Positions 38,592 to 52,233 of a stretch of 64,000 nt of DNA are shown piece by piece. The stretch's first letter is position 1. Every line of letters starts with the position of its first letter. The notes under the pieces are model-generated. The model saw only the letters and a program-made list of their open reading frames with translations. It made no database searches and was not told the DNA's origin. Position numbers and translations under genes: made by a program. The stretch covers positions 2,418,001-2,482,000 of the forward strand of contig OZ037770.1 in assembly GCA_964035545.1 (NCBI GenBank), read 5' to 3'. Origin of the DNA: Bugula neritina (Eukaryota; Animalia; Bryozoa).

Positions 38592-41500
38592 CTACGGGAG
38601 TACATATTATAACATCAAGAAAGTAGACACATACCCCAGGGATGTGATGTGCCAATATTACCTTTGGTTGTAAAAGATAGACGCACAGCCTGCTCCCTCT
38701 CAAAAAATATTTTTTGAGTGTGACGCACGCTAAAGCACACATTTGGGCATGTCAGGTGCTATGGTTCAACAAATGTTTCAGTACTGAAGATTTTTTGTTT
38801 TCACTAACTTCTACAAATTCCAACTTTTCCAACATTTGAATTTGAGGAATATTCGACTATAACTGCTCCCATGCAAATATTGGTTTCAACTTTCAAGTTG
38901 GCCACTTCTATTCATTATTGATTTTTCAACATATTTAAAGGCTAGATGGAGTGGGAGAGTAAGAAAAAGGGTAGGATTAAGTACTCGCACAACCACAGAG
39001 CAGATTAGCAGCTACATGTCAAGATGTGGCTTAATCACGGAATAAGACTGCTAGTGGTGCACAATTTGAAAAAAATATACTGGTCAACTTCAAGTGTTTC
39101 AGAATGTGTATTAATGTCACTTGATAGGTCAACTGTCGAGCTGTTTGAAAAAGTACCGTATAAAGTCTACAAGTGGTATTGAATCTTTTAATACGCGAAT
39201 TATTCTGCTGGTTTGTTAAGGTTGCCGTCAGCAACCTGAGCATGCGGCTGGCTTCCGGAATTTTAGAAAAATTCAGAAGATGCTAGAAACGTCAAAAATG
39301 ATACAACAGATACTGTACACAGTTATGGAGAACATATTTTATCGAAGCATTGTGTTTAATTCCGCCAAGTTGTGTTGTGAAAATAGGAAAGCTAATTTTC
39401 GGCATCATTATAGCTTGCTAATTTATGCAAAGAAAAATTTAAAAAGCGTTCGATTTATTTAGCTAAAAATTTGCAAGTTATTTTTACTCAGCAATTCATA
39501 ATGGTGGTTGGCTAAGTAAAAACTTATCTTTTATCTTCAGTTTGGTTACAGTACATTAGTTTATTTTACTATATTCTATTTTGCTATATATTATACTACC
39601 ATCAATATATTTTACTTGTATTCAACTTTGTTCCATGCAACTGTAACTAAATATTAGAGGAAAAATCTATTTGTGTAATGCAAGCTTGGAAGAAGAGGTT
39701 AAATATAATTGGTTTTATGCGATATTCAGTAGAACGAAGGCAAGATACCTCAGTGAAGAAAATGTTGAAAGGGTCAACAATGGAAAAATATTATTTTCAT
39801 AATCACGAAGCCCCACTCTCCAAAATCACAATTCTCCACCTTCTATTTTCTCAGCTCCTAATATCAAACGACTGGAATGTCGGGGCAGTTGGAAAACATG
39901 CTATTACTTGAAAAATTCAAGTAACCATTACGAAAAGTATATTAGAGTCTGAAGGAAATACTGTGAGGTATAGTAACGTAATGGTCATGTATAACAGATG
40001 GTACCTAGTGAGATCTCCACTATAACATGAAAAGGCAAAGAAAAAATACACCAGAGCAAATTTACGTGTGAACTTTTTACTGTAACCAAGATTGACTGGG
40101 TCGGTGAAACTCATCAGTGACTAATAAAGACATGTAGAAAACAACAATGAAAAAAAGAAAAACTTCAATCAAGACCATGAACTACGAAACTTGAAAAAAA
40201 AGTGTGATTGTCTATAAGCATTACCTCATTTTATTGACGTACTGGAAGCTAATTGCATTAGCATAACCATGTGAAATTCCACAATTTTAGAAACGGTATC
40301 CTGGTGCTAAATTCATCGCCACGGAGGTGATGTGCCAATATTCCACTGGTTGTCAAAGATGGACGCACAGACGGCTTCCTCTCAAAAATATTTATTCAAG
40401 TGTGACGCACGCTAAAGCACACATTTGGGCATGTCAGGTATTTTGCTTCAACAAAAGTTATAGTATTGAATATTTTTTTGTTTTCAGTAACTTCTACAAA
40501 TTATAAACATTTGAATTTGACGAATATTTAGAATATAACTGCTTCCATGCAAATATTGGTTAAAAACTTTATGTTTGGTCACTTCTATTTATTATTGATT
40601 TTCCAACATTATATTTAAAGGCTAGATGGAGTGGTGGAGTAAGAAAAGGGGTAGGCTTAAGTACTTGCACAAACACAGAGCAGATTAGTAGCTACATGTC
40701 AAGATGTGGTTTAATCACGGCATAAGACTGCTAGCGGCGCACAATTTTGAAAAATATACTGCTCAACTTCAGGTGTAGTTTGAATGTGTATTAATGTCAC
40801 TAGATAGGTCAACTGTCAAGCTGTTTCAAAAAGCATTGTATAAGGTTTTCAAGCGGCATTGAATCTTTTAATGCTTGGATTATTCTGTTAGTTTGTTAAG
40901 GTTGCCATCAGCAACCTGAGCATGCGGTTGGTTTCTGGAACTTTAGAAAAATTCAGAAGATGCCAGAAACGTCGAAAATGTTACAACAGATGTTGTATAC
41001 AGTTATGGAGAACATATTTTATTGAAACATTGTGTTCAATTTAGCCAAGTTGTGTTGCGACTATCTGAAAGTCGAGTTTCTGCATCATTATAGTTTGTTA
41101 ATTCAAGCGATGAAAAATTCAAAAGCGTTTGATTTATTTGGCTAAGAACTTGCATGTTATTTGCACTCAAAAAAATGGTGGTGGTTGGCGCTGTTAAAAA
41201 CGTCTTATATCTTCAGTTTTGTTACACTACATTAGTTCGGTTATTGTACTATATTCTATTTTCCAACATTTTATACTATATCAATATATTTCATAAATTT
41301 ATAGACTCAACAGCATAGAGAAAACAGCAAGAGATTATAATGAAATAATTTAATAGAGCCTGTAAGAAATATGTTCAGGCATATCCTATTTACGTTCTCA
41401 TCTTCATTTTCGAAACTGCACTTGAAGCTATGGTGTTTCTTGGTCCGTTTTTTTCAAAAAAGGGCCCATCACACTAGATGTCAACGACACCATAGAACTA

Positions 41501-41689
41501 CAAGAAAAAAGAACGAAAGATTGTGAAGAAATCAAGAAAACGTGATGGTTTTTTTAAAGTTCATCTAGCGTATCACCAATACAATAGAACGAAAAAAGAA
41601 GCCGTCATTTTGTTGAAGAAAAAAAAAAGCTTTTAGAGTAGGCAGGTGAGCTACCACTATAAACATTTTTGCTGAAGATTCAAATTTTA

Positions 41690-42540
41690 TCTTTGTTGAC
41701 ACCATGACATTCATTTGTCGACTGTGCCGGATCAACCGACTACACTGACTGACCAGACTATGATGCAAGTGGACATGACTGAACCGACTGACAGACTTTA
41801 AATTGCCACAAGCTTTACTACAGCGTACAACCTGGACAACTAGACGGACGAGAACACTAATGCAAGCCATTATAGGGACTGATGACAACCGATGGTGTAG
41901 TGAATGTAGGCGAACCTTTTCCACTATGAGTATGGAAACCAATACCAAGTTCACTGGTAAGCCTTGTATTCCTATCCCTGAACACAGGCTCGATGCCAGC
42001 TAATTCTGAATTAGTCAATCTGATTGAATAAGAATTACTGGGGACCACCTTTAACGTGAATGACGATGAGGACGCAGTAATGGCCGACGATCTGTTAGAT
42101 CTCGAGCTAGACACTGTCATTCTTGGTCAGTCTACACGTAATCAACTGGTCTCCCGAGTGCCTTATAAAAGTTGTGACTCTCAGGCTAGTAACATTCGAT
42201 AGTCACTAGAATTATGTTGTCAAGATCCATTGGGATCTGACAATAATCTACTTTTGTAGACAACGCACTCGCTCCCGTCTCACCAGGGATGCCATCTTTG
42301 GAGATGGCCTGGGATCCGGAGCCCACCACACAAACCCCCTTCGAGTGCCTTATAAAAAGATGCATGACTCTTAGACTAGTAACAGTCGATTGTCATCAGA
42401 ATTATGCTGTTATGCGTGTTATTACCCAGGGGCCCTGTCCAAAACCCCCGGGGTTTAAGAAACCCTCGACGCCTCATCCGTCACCACCCGCCCACACTGT
42501 GCCCCGTTCCAACACTGTACCCCAAGTTGTCTTGAGATAT
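41690..42540 (+). pseudogene. Chimeric decayed fragments of both zinc-finger accessory ORF types
   Basis: LPQALLQRTTWTTRRTRTLMQAIIGTDDNRWCSECRRTFST (family 1) joined at ~41927 to a copy of 34747-35155 (family 2, MPSLEMAWDPEP). Confidence 0.8.
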
Positions 42541-44814
42541 AGTACTCGCTAGGAACCCACGCATTATAATTGTGCAAATTATAACAATATTTAGACTATA
42601 ACTGCTTCCATGCAAATATTGGCTTCAACTTTCAAGTTGGTCACTCCATCCATTATTGATTTTCCAACATTATATTTGAAGACTAGATGGAGTAAGAAAA
42701 GGGGTAAGTTTAAGTGTTAGCGATATTCAGTAGAACGACGGCAAGATACTTTAGTGAAGAAATGGTTGAAAGGGTTAATAATTAAAAATATCATTTTCAT
42801 GATTTTTGAGCCTCTTTCTCCAAGCTTACAATCCTTTACTGTCAATTTTCGCAGCTCCTAATATTAAAAAACTGGAATGTCAGCGCAGTTGAAAAACATG
42901 CTATTACTTGAAAAATACAATTACGAGCAAATTACCTCCCTTTAAGTAGGATATTATAACCAGTGAAACTGTTTGACTAAAGTGATATTTATATTTCTTC
43001 AATGTCATGGCTGCTACGAATGAGCTACAATTACTCAGAGACTCTCTACACAGCTAGAATAGGCTTGGTGCAGCATTTTTGGAATACATTATACTAGGTT
43101 TAAAGTTGAAGCACAAGCTGAACAAATGCTTTGACCAAATTTTTGTATTTATATCTATATATTCCGCAAAGCAGATCTATAAATTCATAGACCCAAGTAA
43201 AAGCAGGGAAAGAAAAAGAAAACAGCGGAGAGACTACTACGAAACGAATAACAGAGCCTGAATCAAATACTGCGAGGTATAGTAATGCAATAGTAATGTC
43301 AAACAGATGGTACCTAGTAAGATCTCCACTATAACATTAAAAGACAAGGAAAAAATACAAAATAGAGCAAATTTACGTGTGATCTTTTTACTGTAACCAA
43401 GATTGACTGGTTTGGTGAAACTCATCAGTGACTGGAATTAAAACATGTAGAAAACAACCATGAGAAAGGTAAAACTGCAATCAAGAATATGAACTACAAA
43501 ACTGAGAAAAAATTGCAACGCTCTATAAGCATTACCTCATTTTATTGACGAGCCCGAAGCTAATTGCATTAGCATAACCATGTGAAATTCCTCAATTTTA
43601 GAAATGGTTTCCTGGTGACAAATTCATTGCAACAGATGTCATGTGTCAATATTACCACTGGCTGTCGAGGATGGACGCGAGCTTGCTTCCTCTCAGAAAT
43701 ACTTTATGAGTATGACGCACACTAAAGCAGACATTTGGACATGTCCGGTACTGTGTTTCGACAAATGTTTCAGTAAAGAATATTTTTTGTTTTCAGTAAA
43801 TTTAAAAATTTCAACTTTTCCATAAATTGAATTTGATGAATATTTTGACTATAACTGCTTTCATGCAAATATTGGCTTTAACTTTCAAGCTGGTCACTTC
43901 TATCCATTATTGATTTTCCAGCATTATATTTAAAGGCTAGATGGAGCGGGAGAGAAAGGGGGAGGCTTAAGTGTTTGTTTGCGATATTCAGTAGAATGAC
44001 AGCAAGATACTTTAGTGAAAAAAAATGTTGAAAGGGTCAACAATAATTGAGAATATCATTTTCACAATCTTTGAGCCTCTTTATCCAAGCTTACAATCCT
44101 TTACTGTCAATTTTCGCAGCTCCCAATATTGAAAAACTGGAATATCAGCGCAGTTGAAAAACATGCTATTTCTTGAAAAATACAATTCTGAACAAAATAC
44201 CTCCCATTAAGTAGGATATTATAACCAGTGAAATTGTTTGACTAGAGTGATATTTATATTTCTTGAATGTCATGGCTGCTACGAATGAGCTACAACTACT
44301 CAAAGACTCTCTACACAGCTAGAATAGGCTTGGTGCAGCATTTCTGGAATACTTTATTAAATTAGGTGAAAAGTTGAAGCGCAAGCTGAACAAATGCTTC
44401 GGCTAAATTTTTGTATTTATATCTATATTTTCAGCAAAGCAGATCTATAAATTCATAGACCCAAGTAAAAGCAGGGAAAGAAAAAGAAAACAGCGGAGAG
44501 GCTTTTACGAAACGAATAACAGAGGCTGAATCAAATACAGCGAGGTATAGTAACGTAATAGTAATGTAAAACAGATGGTACCTAGTGGGTCTCCACTATA
44601 AAGGTAAAGAAAAAAGTACTAAGTAGAGCCAATTTACGAGTGAACTTTTTACTGTAACCAAGATTGGCTGGGGCGGGCGAAACCCATCAGTGACTAACTT
44701 CGTTGACTTCTAGAAAAAATACTCACGAAAAAAGTAGTACTGCAATCAAAAATATGAACTACAAAACTGACGAAAATAGTGCGATGGTATAGAAGCATTA
44801 CATCATTTTATTGA

Positions 44815-45284
44815 CATGCTCAATATTCAACATGGAGTGAATATAAAGAGACCAACACCAACTATTTCGTTGCAAACACACCCAGAGGCACTGTATGCTT
44901 TATTTTACATGGAATGGGGGTTAGAGCCTCAGAAAAGTGTGTAGTAAATAACTATGGGTTCTTAGACTTCATAAACCCAGGTGGTGTAGTCACGGCAGAT
45001 AGAGGCTTTTTATTGAAGAACCTATAGGTGCTAGAGCCAAGTTGGCCATACTACCTGGGAAAAGAGGCCATTTGCAAGTGACTAAAATACAATTACTGCA
45101 AACGAAGTTGATTGCAAACCTTCGAATCCATGGCGAAAGAGCAATCAAACGGGTAAAGGATGTGAATACCTTAAATGGTCCCGGAGGCGTGAACTTGGTG
45201 TTGGCACTTCTTTTAGACAAGATAATGATAGTCTGCTGTGCTTTCTGCAATCTACAGCCACTATTGGTGACTGACGAAATTTAG
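44815..45284 (+). pseudogene. PIF/Harbinger (ISL2EU-like) DDE_Tnp_4 transposase remnant, C-terminal half
   Basis: WSEYKETNT, TPRGTVCFI, RASEK, GFLDFINPGGVVTADRGF, IANLRIHGERAIKRVK, LDKIMIVCCAFCNLQP; frameshifted. Confidence 0.85.
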
Positions 45285-48227
45285 GATTTGAAGTAAAAAT
45301 GTGTTAATTTTACCTGCGCCATTTCACTAGAAACCATATTTAACTTTTATATAGCATTCTTAAAACTTACAGCAATAAATAAATCCATACTAATCTTTCA
45401 TATATTTATATTTTTTTAAAAGCTTACTTATTGTTTATTGTGGATGTTGACTGCTGCAGAAACCAACCATTTTCAAAATTTGAAAGGAAACAAATTTTTG
45501 GTGCAAAAGTGGCACAATATGTAATACAACTTTCCTTTAAATTGAAGGTAAGAAATGTGGCCATTTCAGCATTTATAAACTGCACATAACAGCTCATGTG
45601 TATATTTATATGGGGTGGACTTGCTATTCTGTGAGCTACAATATTAGCAGCATGGATGGCTTATTTAACTTATAAAACTAACACATAAAATATATTCAAT
45701 TGGTTAAACTAAAATTAGGTTAGCTACCTTGTAAACAATGAGAGTTTTTTTAGCAGCAGTCTTCATATTAATATGGAAGTCATCACAACTTCAAAGTATG
45801 AACTAGCCAAATACTTTTATGTTAATGAGTGCTGCAGGCCAAATTTTATAGGTTTAAACTTCAAGTAGAAATATATTTTGAAGATAGGAAAAAATGGAGA
45901 ATTTTCAAAATACAATGATTTTAAACTTAGTAACTGAACTCGAAAAAGCCAATCACTCAATGAAAAAACACCAAACAATTGACTGAAAGACTATAAAAAT
46001 ATGATGGAAAAAAATTGATTCGAATAATAATTCATATCATTTTTTTAAAATTATTACTATATTAGCTTCGCAAGATACTTACTCTTAGACATTCAAATTG
46101 AATAGCAGAATGAGAATACACATATTTGATACAACATTAACTATAAGCTTAAGTATAAGCACTAGTACTAGTAGTAGATGGCACTATCGTGACTACGTCT
46201 ACAGTACAACTAGTGAACTACAAGTTGAAGTAGTAGTACAATTAATAAAACAATAACATTCATGAGAAATATTTTAAAAATATCAAAATCTAAATGAATA
46301 TAAAAATGAGACTCAAAATAAAAACACGTGCATCTCAATCCCAATGTGAATGGCAATATCAAACTCAACGCCCACGTGTGACACTCGCACTCTCAGTCAC
46401 ACTCACTGTGATTCCCCGTCATTTTCAATTTGAACTTTAATAATTAATTCAGTATTACTTATTAAAATCAGGTAGGTCATAACTAAAATCACAGGTTGTT
46501 TTTAATATAATAATTACAAAAAAATGTAGCTTATACTAACCAGAATACAATTCACCTGATACCAATCATCTACTCGAACCACATAAACTTTAAGAGAAAA
46601 AATATGTTGAGATGCGCCCTGGCACGCACGCTGGATACTACTGAGTAGAGCGGGCTTGTTGTTTTTGTCTCAACTTCTGATAGGCTACGGTAAATGGATG
46701 CGCAACGATAATTCGTCAGGAGCTGCAGATCACATGATCACCAACTTACCATGTGGTTTTTCACCATCATACTTCATTAGCACTGGTTCAAAAAACTGCA
46801 CTTCCATAAATGTAGGCATCCCTTCTGCATGCACCACACAACATTCACAGCATCAGCTTAAAAAAGGCATTATGATGTCCATGCTGCTAAGGATTTAATT
46901 TGTCTTTTCAAAAAGTAAACCTCATGGCAGTAAAGGATAGTTGCTTTGTTTCTCACAATTTCTGATGTAAATTGTAAATATGCCAGTTGGTCCTTATTTA
47001 AATTGTCCAGCTAATATCCAAATAGTTTAGATAAGTTATAGATATAACCAGGCTTCTTTTTTAAAAGAGTTCCATTTAGTAGGTGCTGTGTGGAGAGACT
47101 TTGTGTCTATGTTAAGTGTAACCCTAGCTCAGTGGGTAACCCAGGTGTTCACTTGAACATTGTTTGAAACTTGGCACAAAAATTTATGAACATTAAACTC
47201 ACGTTTCTAAGAAGTAGCTACAGTAACTGGGGAAAGCCAAGGTGACCAAATTCAGCAAAAGAAGTTACGATCTCTTGAAACTGAAACCTATTAGGATAAT
47301 CAAAGAACTCGGGCTAAGAACATTTTTCCACCAATGCACCTAAATAGCTTAGTGTAACTCAATCAGTTGAATTCGGGTCTACCATACACGATTTATGTAC
47401 GTGAGTTAGTTAGTAAACTCTTCAGGAAAGTATTTTGTGAAAGTTGGCATTTTGCTGACGTTACTTCCTTAAATAAAAGTAAGTGCGTTGAGAAAGATTT
47501 GTTAGAGTAGGTCTTCAGTTGAATTAAGATTTGATAAAATTTTAATATGCCCTGCGTGTGAAACTGAGAGACCATCATGGTGAGGCCGACTGAATCCTCT
47601 CAGCTGGTATATTTTTGTCACGAAGAAGATATTGAGATGTTTTTATTACGTAATAGCTAACAACCCAGTTGTAATAATAACCAGCTGTATACATAGTGTC
47701 ACTATTGAAAACATCAGTAGCTATTTAAGCCAGCTGTTAGTACATGTTTACATAAGAGCATTTAAGCTATCACGTTTCAATGCAGTAACAGATTCACTGT
47801 AAAAGCCTTAACTCTTCAATCCTTTGAATAGATTTTATGGTTCTAGTTCAAATTCTTGCTAAAACATAACTTCTCTCACTGCATATATCTAGAACACAGG
47901 CTTTGTTCACTACAGCAGGGGTCTACCATTGCTTTCAATAGTACAAGGTAGTTTTGTGTCATTTTCAAAGTATTTGCTTTTCAACTTCTTTATGATGAAA
48001 TAGTACTTTATAAGTTTATGACATTATTACAACACTTAGCCCTCAGCATTTCACATTAGCCTTGAACTCTATATAATTTCAGTTCAGTGTGAAAGAATGG
48101 GGATTTTAAGTCTATGAAAGTTAATATGAAAACTTGAGTTCCATAAATACATTCTAATTTTAATTTTGGTGATTCTTTCTTTGTAAAAGCTTGTTTTAAA
48201 CAATAAAGTTTTATAAAGTGTTTTGGG

Positions 48228-48928
48228 TGAAGTAGGTGCAATAATGGAGAAATTGAGAAAAGCCTGTGTTCTAGATTTGAAATGTAGAGTAAGAAGTTAG
48301 GTTACCAACCAGTGCTCTAAACCAAAATTTAAGAGCTAAATTTAAGAACTTCGGCTACCTAAATTTCTCCATTACTGCTCCTAATCAACGTATTGGATTG
48401 AAAGAAGACGTTAGAAACTTAGGCTGTACACTACAGTTGCAAGCTCCAGTCTAACTCATTGCGTGTTTCACTGCTTTTTTCAATCGCGCTAATGGATTTC
48501 CCTTTCATATTCTGAAACATTAAAATATCTGCAAACCACAACCAGAAATTCACACAGATAATACCAGCAGCTATGTGAAATAGAACACAGTTCAAGTTGT
48601 GTAAATAGCAGAGACCTGTATGAGAATGAGAATGGAAGCGGAATCAGTTACTATGATACCCTACCAAGTGTCATGGTATTTCACTTAGCAATGAATTTAA
48701 TAGTGGACAGTGGTAGTTGAAGAAAGCAATATTTCTCTGCTTTGTCCTCTTCAGGTAGCAGGAGCAGTAGTGGAGAAATTGAGATTGCCGAAGTTCTTTA
48801 ATTTTCGCATTAAGTTTTTGTTTGGGGTGTGGGTTGAAACTCTCATGAGAACATAACTTCTATTGCTACATTTTTAATCTAGATCAGCAGAGGTTTTTCT
48901 CAATATCTCCATTACTACACCTACTTCC
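48228..48928. repeat. Old inverted-repeat element (~155-bp degenerate arms)
   Basis: 48228-48385 is an imperfect reverse complement of 48760-48928 (aagaacttcggctacctaaatttctccattactgctcct vs aggagcagtagtggagaaattgagattgccgaagttctt); a related piece lies at ~47860-47910. Confidence 0.65.
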
Positions 48929-50625
48929 TAATACCTATGCCATCTTTGCCTGTCACTGAGTGCTAATATTTCTTAACTTTGTCAACTTCTCACAAAAACT
49001 GTTCCATTGACTTTCAATATATTATTTTAACATTCTAATCTGGCTATACAATTACATATAAAAATAAAAATATAGGCCTGGTTATGGCAAAAGGAAACCC
49101 ATGGGAACACCTGCTTTCCTGTTACAAATGTCTGTGAGTAAGTTTGGCTATTGGCAGCATTTGCAGGTTCAATAGCTAGGTCAAAGGGCTGTTGTGCAAG
49201 TTCAGCAAAGGCCTTCATGCTTTACACTCCACAGTCTTATGGAGAGCAAAATTTGCTAAACTACAATATGACTAATTCTCCCTGCAAGATAGATGTGGTG
49301 TATAAACATAATATAATAAATATAATGTAAATAATAAATAATACAAATAACTACAAACAAATAATTTTTTTTATTATAATTTAATATAACAGCACTAACA
49401 AAAATTACTATAAAGATGTTACAAGATAACATAAATAAATATAATTTAATTATACTAGAAAATATTATTAACAGAATCACCATGTTGGAAAAAGCTGCTA
49501 TTAATAGCCAGGCTTTAACAGTTAGAACCAAAGTTCAATCGATTAAATATAAAAGTTTACAAACAAACAAATTTCCAAAAACATTTATGAAAAGTTTTGA
49601 GTGAACTTTATTTTGTATTCAAAATAAGCAGAAAATAAATATATAAATGTAAAATTTGTGAGTCCACGGTTATTAAATATATAATTCCCATATTTTCACC
49701 TTTGCTGTTTATTATTGCTTAACATGCATGCATATCATAGCAACAGATTTTATTGCAAGTCTTGCTTTTACTTATAACAAAGTTTCGCATCATTAGCATA
49801 GTTTAAAATATCACATAATATGACAGAAATAATGTACCACATAATGTCATACATCTTATAATATTATAATATTATGATATGTTGCATATTATAGCATAAT
49901 ATAATATACATATACTTTAATATATATTATAGTTTATGACATATTATATAGTACATATTATATATTATATAGTCATATTATTTAGTCATATCATATTGTA
50001 TATTATATAGTCATAGACATATTATATAGTCATAATAATATAATATTATATATGTGATAATATAATATAATATTATATAATAATAATATATAATATAATA
50101 TAATGTGTATATATATGACACGGTGAATTGGTAGTAAGCTAAAGAAAGACTACAAAAACTATACTATCTTAGATAGGTCTAAACTACGAAACATAATATA
50201 ATTTAGTGAATTGAAATTATTTTCCATAATATTTAGTATTGGAATGGACCTTTTCATATTATGTAATACATGACAACAATGCTGCTCAAAACACTGCTAT
50301 GAGATGTAGCTTTTAGGTCTTTATAAGTAATTGTGAAATAGAATAAAGAAATATATACAAGTATATTATTATATTATTTATTCTTTTCGAGTTTGTTTTG
50401 AAGTTGTCCGCTCAATGAATATATCAAATTTTTGAGCTTTATAGAAAATATAATGGAAAGAACCTAATAACAGTTAACTGGAATGTAGTGTGATGATATG
50501 TGGGGACAAGATGGTTGCAGGTTTATTAGAAATATTATATTAATATTATATAATATTATAATAATATTATATAATATTATAATAATATTATATAATGAAA
50601 GCTATGGACTCTACTTGACGTTATC

Positions 50626-50883
50626 TAATGAGTAGGTATTATTAGGTACAACTGCAATAAGGATAACATAAAGATTAACAACTTAAAATCAACTATATAA
50701 ATGAACACTTTATTATGTATGGATGGTGACTGTGACATATAGAATAAGGCAATATTGCCTTATTCTATATGTCACAGTCACCATCCATACATAATGAAGT
50801 GTTTATTTATATAGTTGATTTCAAGTTGTTAATCTTTATGTTATCCTTATATTACAGTTGTACCTAATAATACCTACTCATTA
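50626..50883. repeat. ~258-bp spacerless near-perfect palindrome
   Basis: Centre aaggcaat|attgcctt at 50753/50754; arms pair out to taatgagtaggtattattagg / cctaataatacctactcatta with few mismatches. Confidence 0.95.
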
Positions 50884-51288
50884 AAAAGTAAAAATATATA
50901 TTTTTACTGAAATATATTTTCTTAATTATGCATCTACATACTCAAATATAAAGTATACTGAAACATAACTTCTAGTTAACATAATATTATACTGTTAATA
51001 TTATAGCTGCAGTTCCAAGTCTATAATACTTAAAATGATGGCCTTAAAATGCAAAATCTTTTCATAAAAATGTGCATTATATACATGAGCTTTTAATACT
51101 TGAAAAATAACTGGCATGCTTGCAATAAACAAATATTTAAAATTGTTTAAAAATTGCTAAAACTTTTCAAAAAGTTTCACTAAATACTTTAAATAATACA
51201 AATATAAAACAGGATAAAGTTGTGAGCATAAGTTCACAAAAAAAACTTTGAAAAAGTTTCACTCGATATTTACTTTCAAAAAACAAAA

Positions 51289-52233
51289 ATGGCAGCTGGC
51301 GGGTACAGCGTTTCGGAAGAGCGATACTTGAAAAGATACAAAAACATGCGAGAAGCAAGAATATCATTTATGAACCAGAATTGCCCAGAGAACCACACTT
51401 TCATGTGTGAACTCTACACGGAGGATACCAGAGCCCCGTACAATGCAGAGGTCTTTGATATTTCTCACAGAGACCAGGCTATAAGTTCCCATGATGCGAT
51501 GTGTACCTCTGAAGGCACAGTAAACGTGATTTTCGTAGCCCAAACAGAGAACACGTCAACCATGAGTCAGATGACGCTCTTGGTTGGAGAAGGGAGAATG
51601 TGTGGCCCCGGGGGCTACATCTGCAGCAACAACAGCATGTACGACTACATAGATTCCAACCGGCGGACATTTGTTGAAAGGCACTGCATAAATCCTTCGG
51701 CTTTCTCGGTGAAAATAACACAAGTAGCCGACACTTTTCCTTCCTGCACAAGAGATCTTGGGATGATACAACTGGTCAAAGGCCGTTGCGCGAGACCTGA
51801 AGTGGTAGTAGAATTCTGCACCAATACGGACAATATTGTGAAAGCCTTGGTTCTTACATATACCGTGAAGTTAGCCTATCTAGAGTATAAGCTCCATGAG
51901 CTGACAACTCCCGCCTCCACCCAGAATGTTCCGGCTCTCACGTCTCAGTTCCAGTCTCTGTCTGTAGACGTACCGTCGGATTTCAACGCCTACCGACAAG
52001 TCATCCGACCGGAAGCGAGGCGCCCGCCTGTCTGCCCGAGCCGGTGCCCCACAGGAAGTGCTGCTCCCAGTGGACCTTGCGACCTGAGACTCAACACACA
52101 GCAGGAAGCTGCTGCCTACTCCAGAGGTTACGACACTGGATACGTGGAGGGCTATGAGGCAGCGTCTGGTGGTGCTGTTGGGGGAATACCTGAGGATGAA
52201 TGTCCGCCTTCTGCCTTTCGTAGATGTAACTAA
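51289..52233 (+). CDS. Intronless unknown-family protein, paralogue 2
   Basis: 314-aa ORF, MAAGG...PSAFRRCN, A-rich leader, AATAAA at ~52327. Confidence 0.88.
   Translation: MAAGGYSVSEERYLKRYKNMREARISFMNQNCPENHTFMCELYTEDTRAPYNAEVFDISHRDQAISSHDAMCTSEGTVNVIFVAQTENTSTMSQMTLLVGEGRMCGPGGYICSNNSMYDYIDSNRRTFVERHCINPSAFSVKITQVADTFPSCTRDLGMIQLVKGRCARPEVVVEFCTNTDNIVKALVLTYTVKLAYLEYKLHELTTPASTQNVPALTSQFQSLSVDVPSDFNAYRQVIRPEARRPPVCPSRCPTGSAAPSGPCDLRLNTQQEAAAYSRGYDTGYVEGYEAASGGAVGGIPEDECPPSAFRRCN

Larger units (their letters stand above)
35846..44815. repeat. Mosaic tandem array of several old repeat modules
   Basis: Module aaaacagcggagag...agcattacctcattt at ~35846, 36730, 39950 (partial), 43219, 44487; module tataactgcttccatgcaaatattgg at ~38858, 40534, 42597, 43850; module gataggtcaactgtc at ~36184, 39123, 40803. 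Confidence 0.9.

Noticed and set aside
46600-46900. GC-richer patch with a donor-like gtaag on the - strand and an 80-aa ORF
   Set aside because: No recognisable protein or partner exons.
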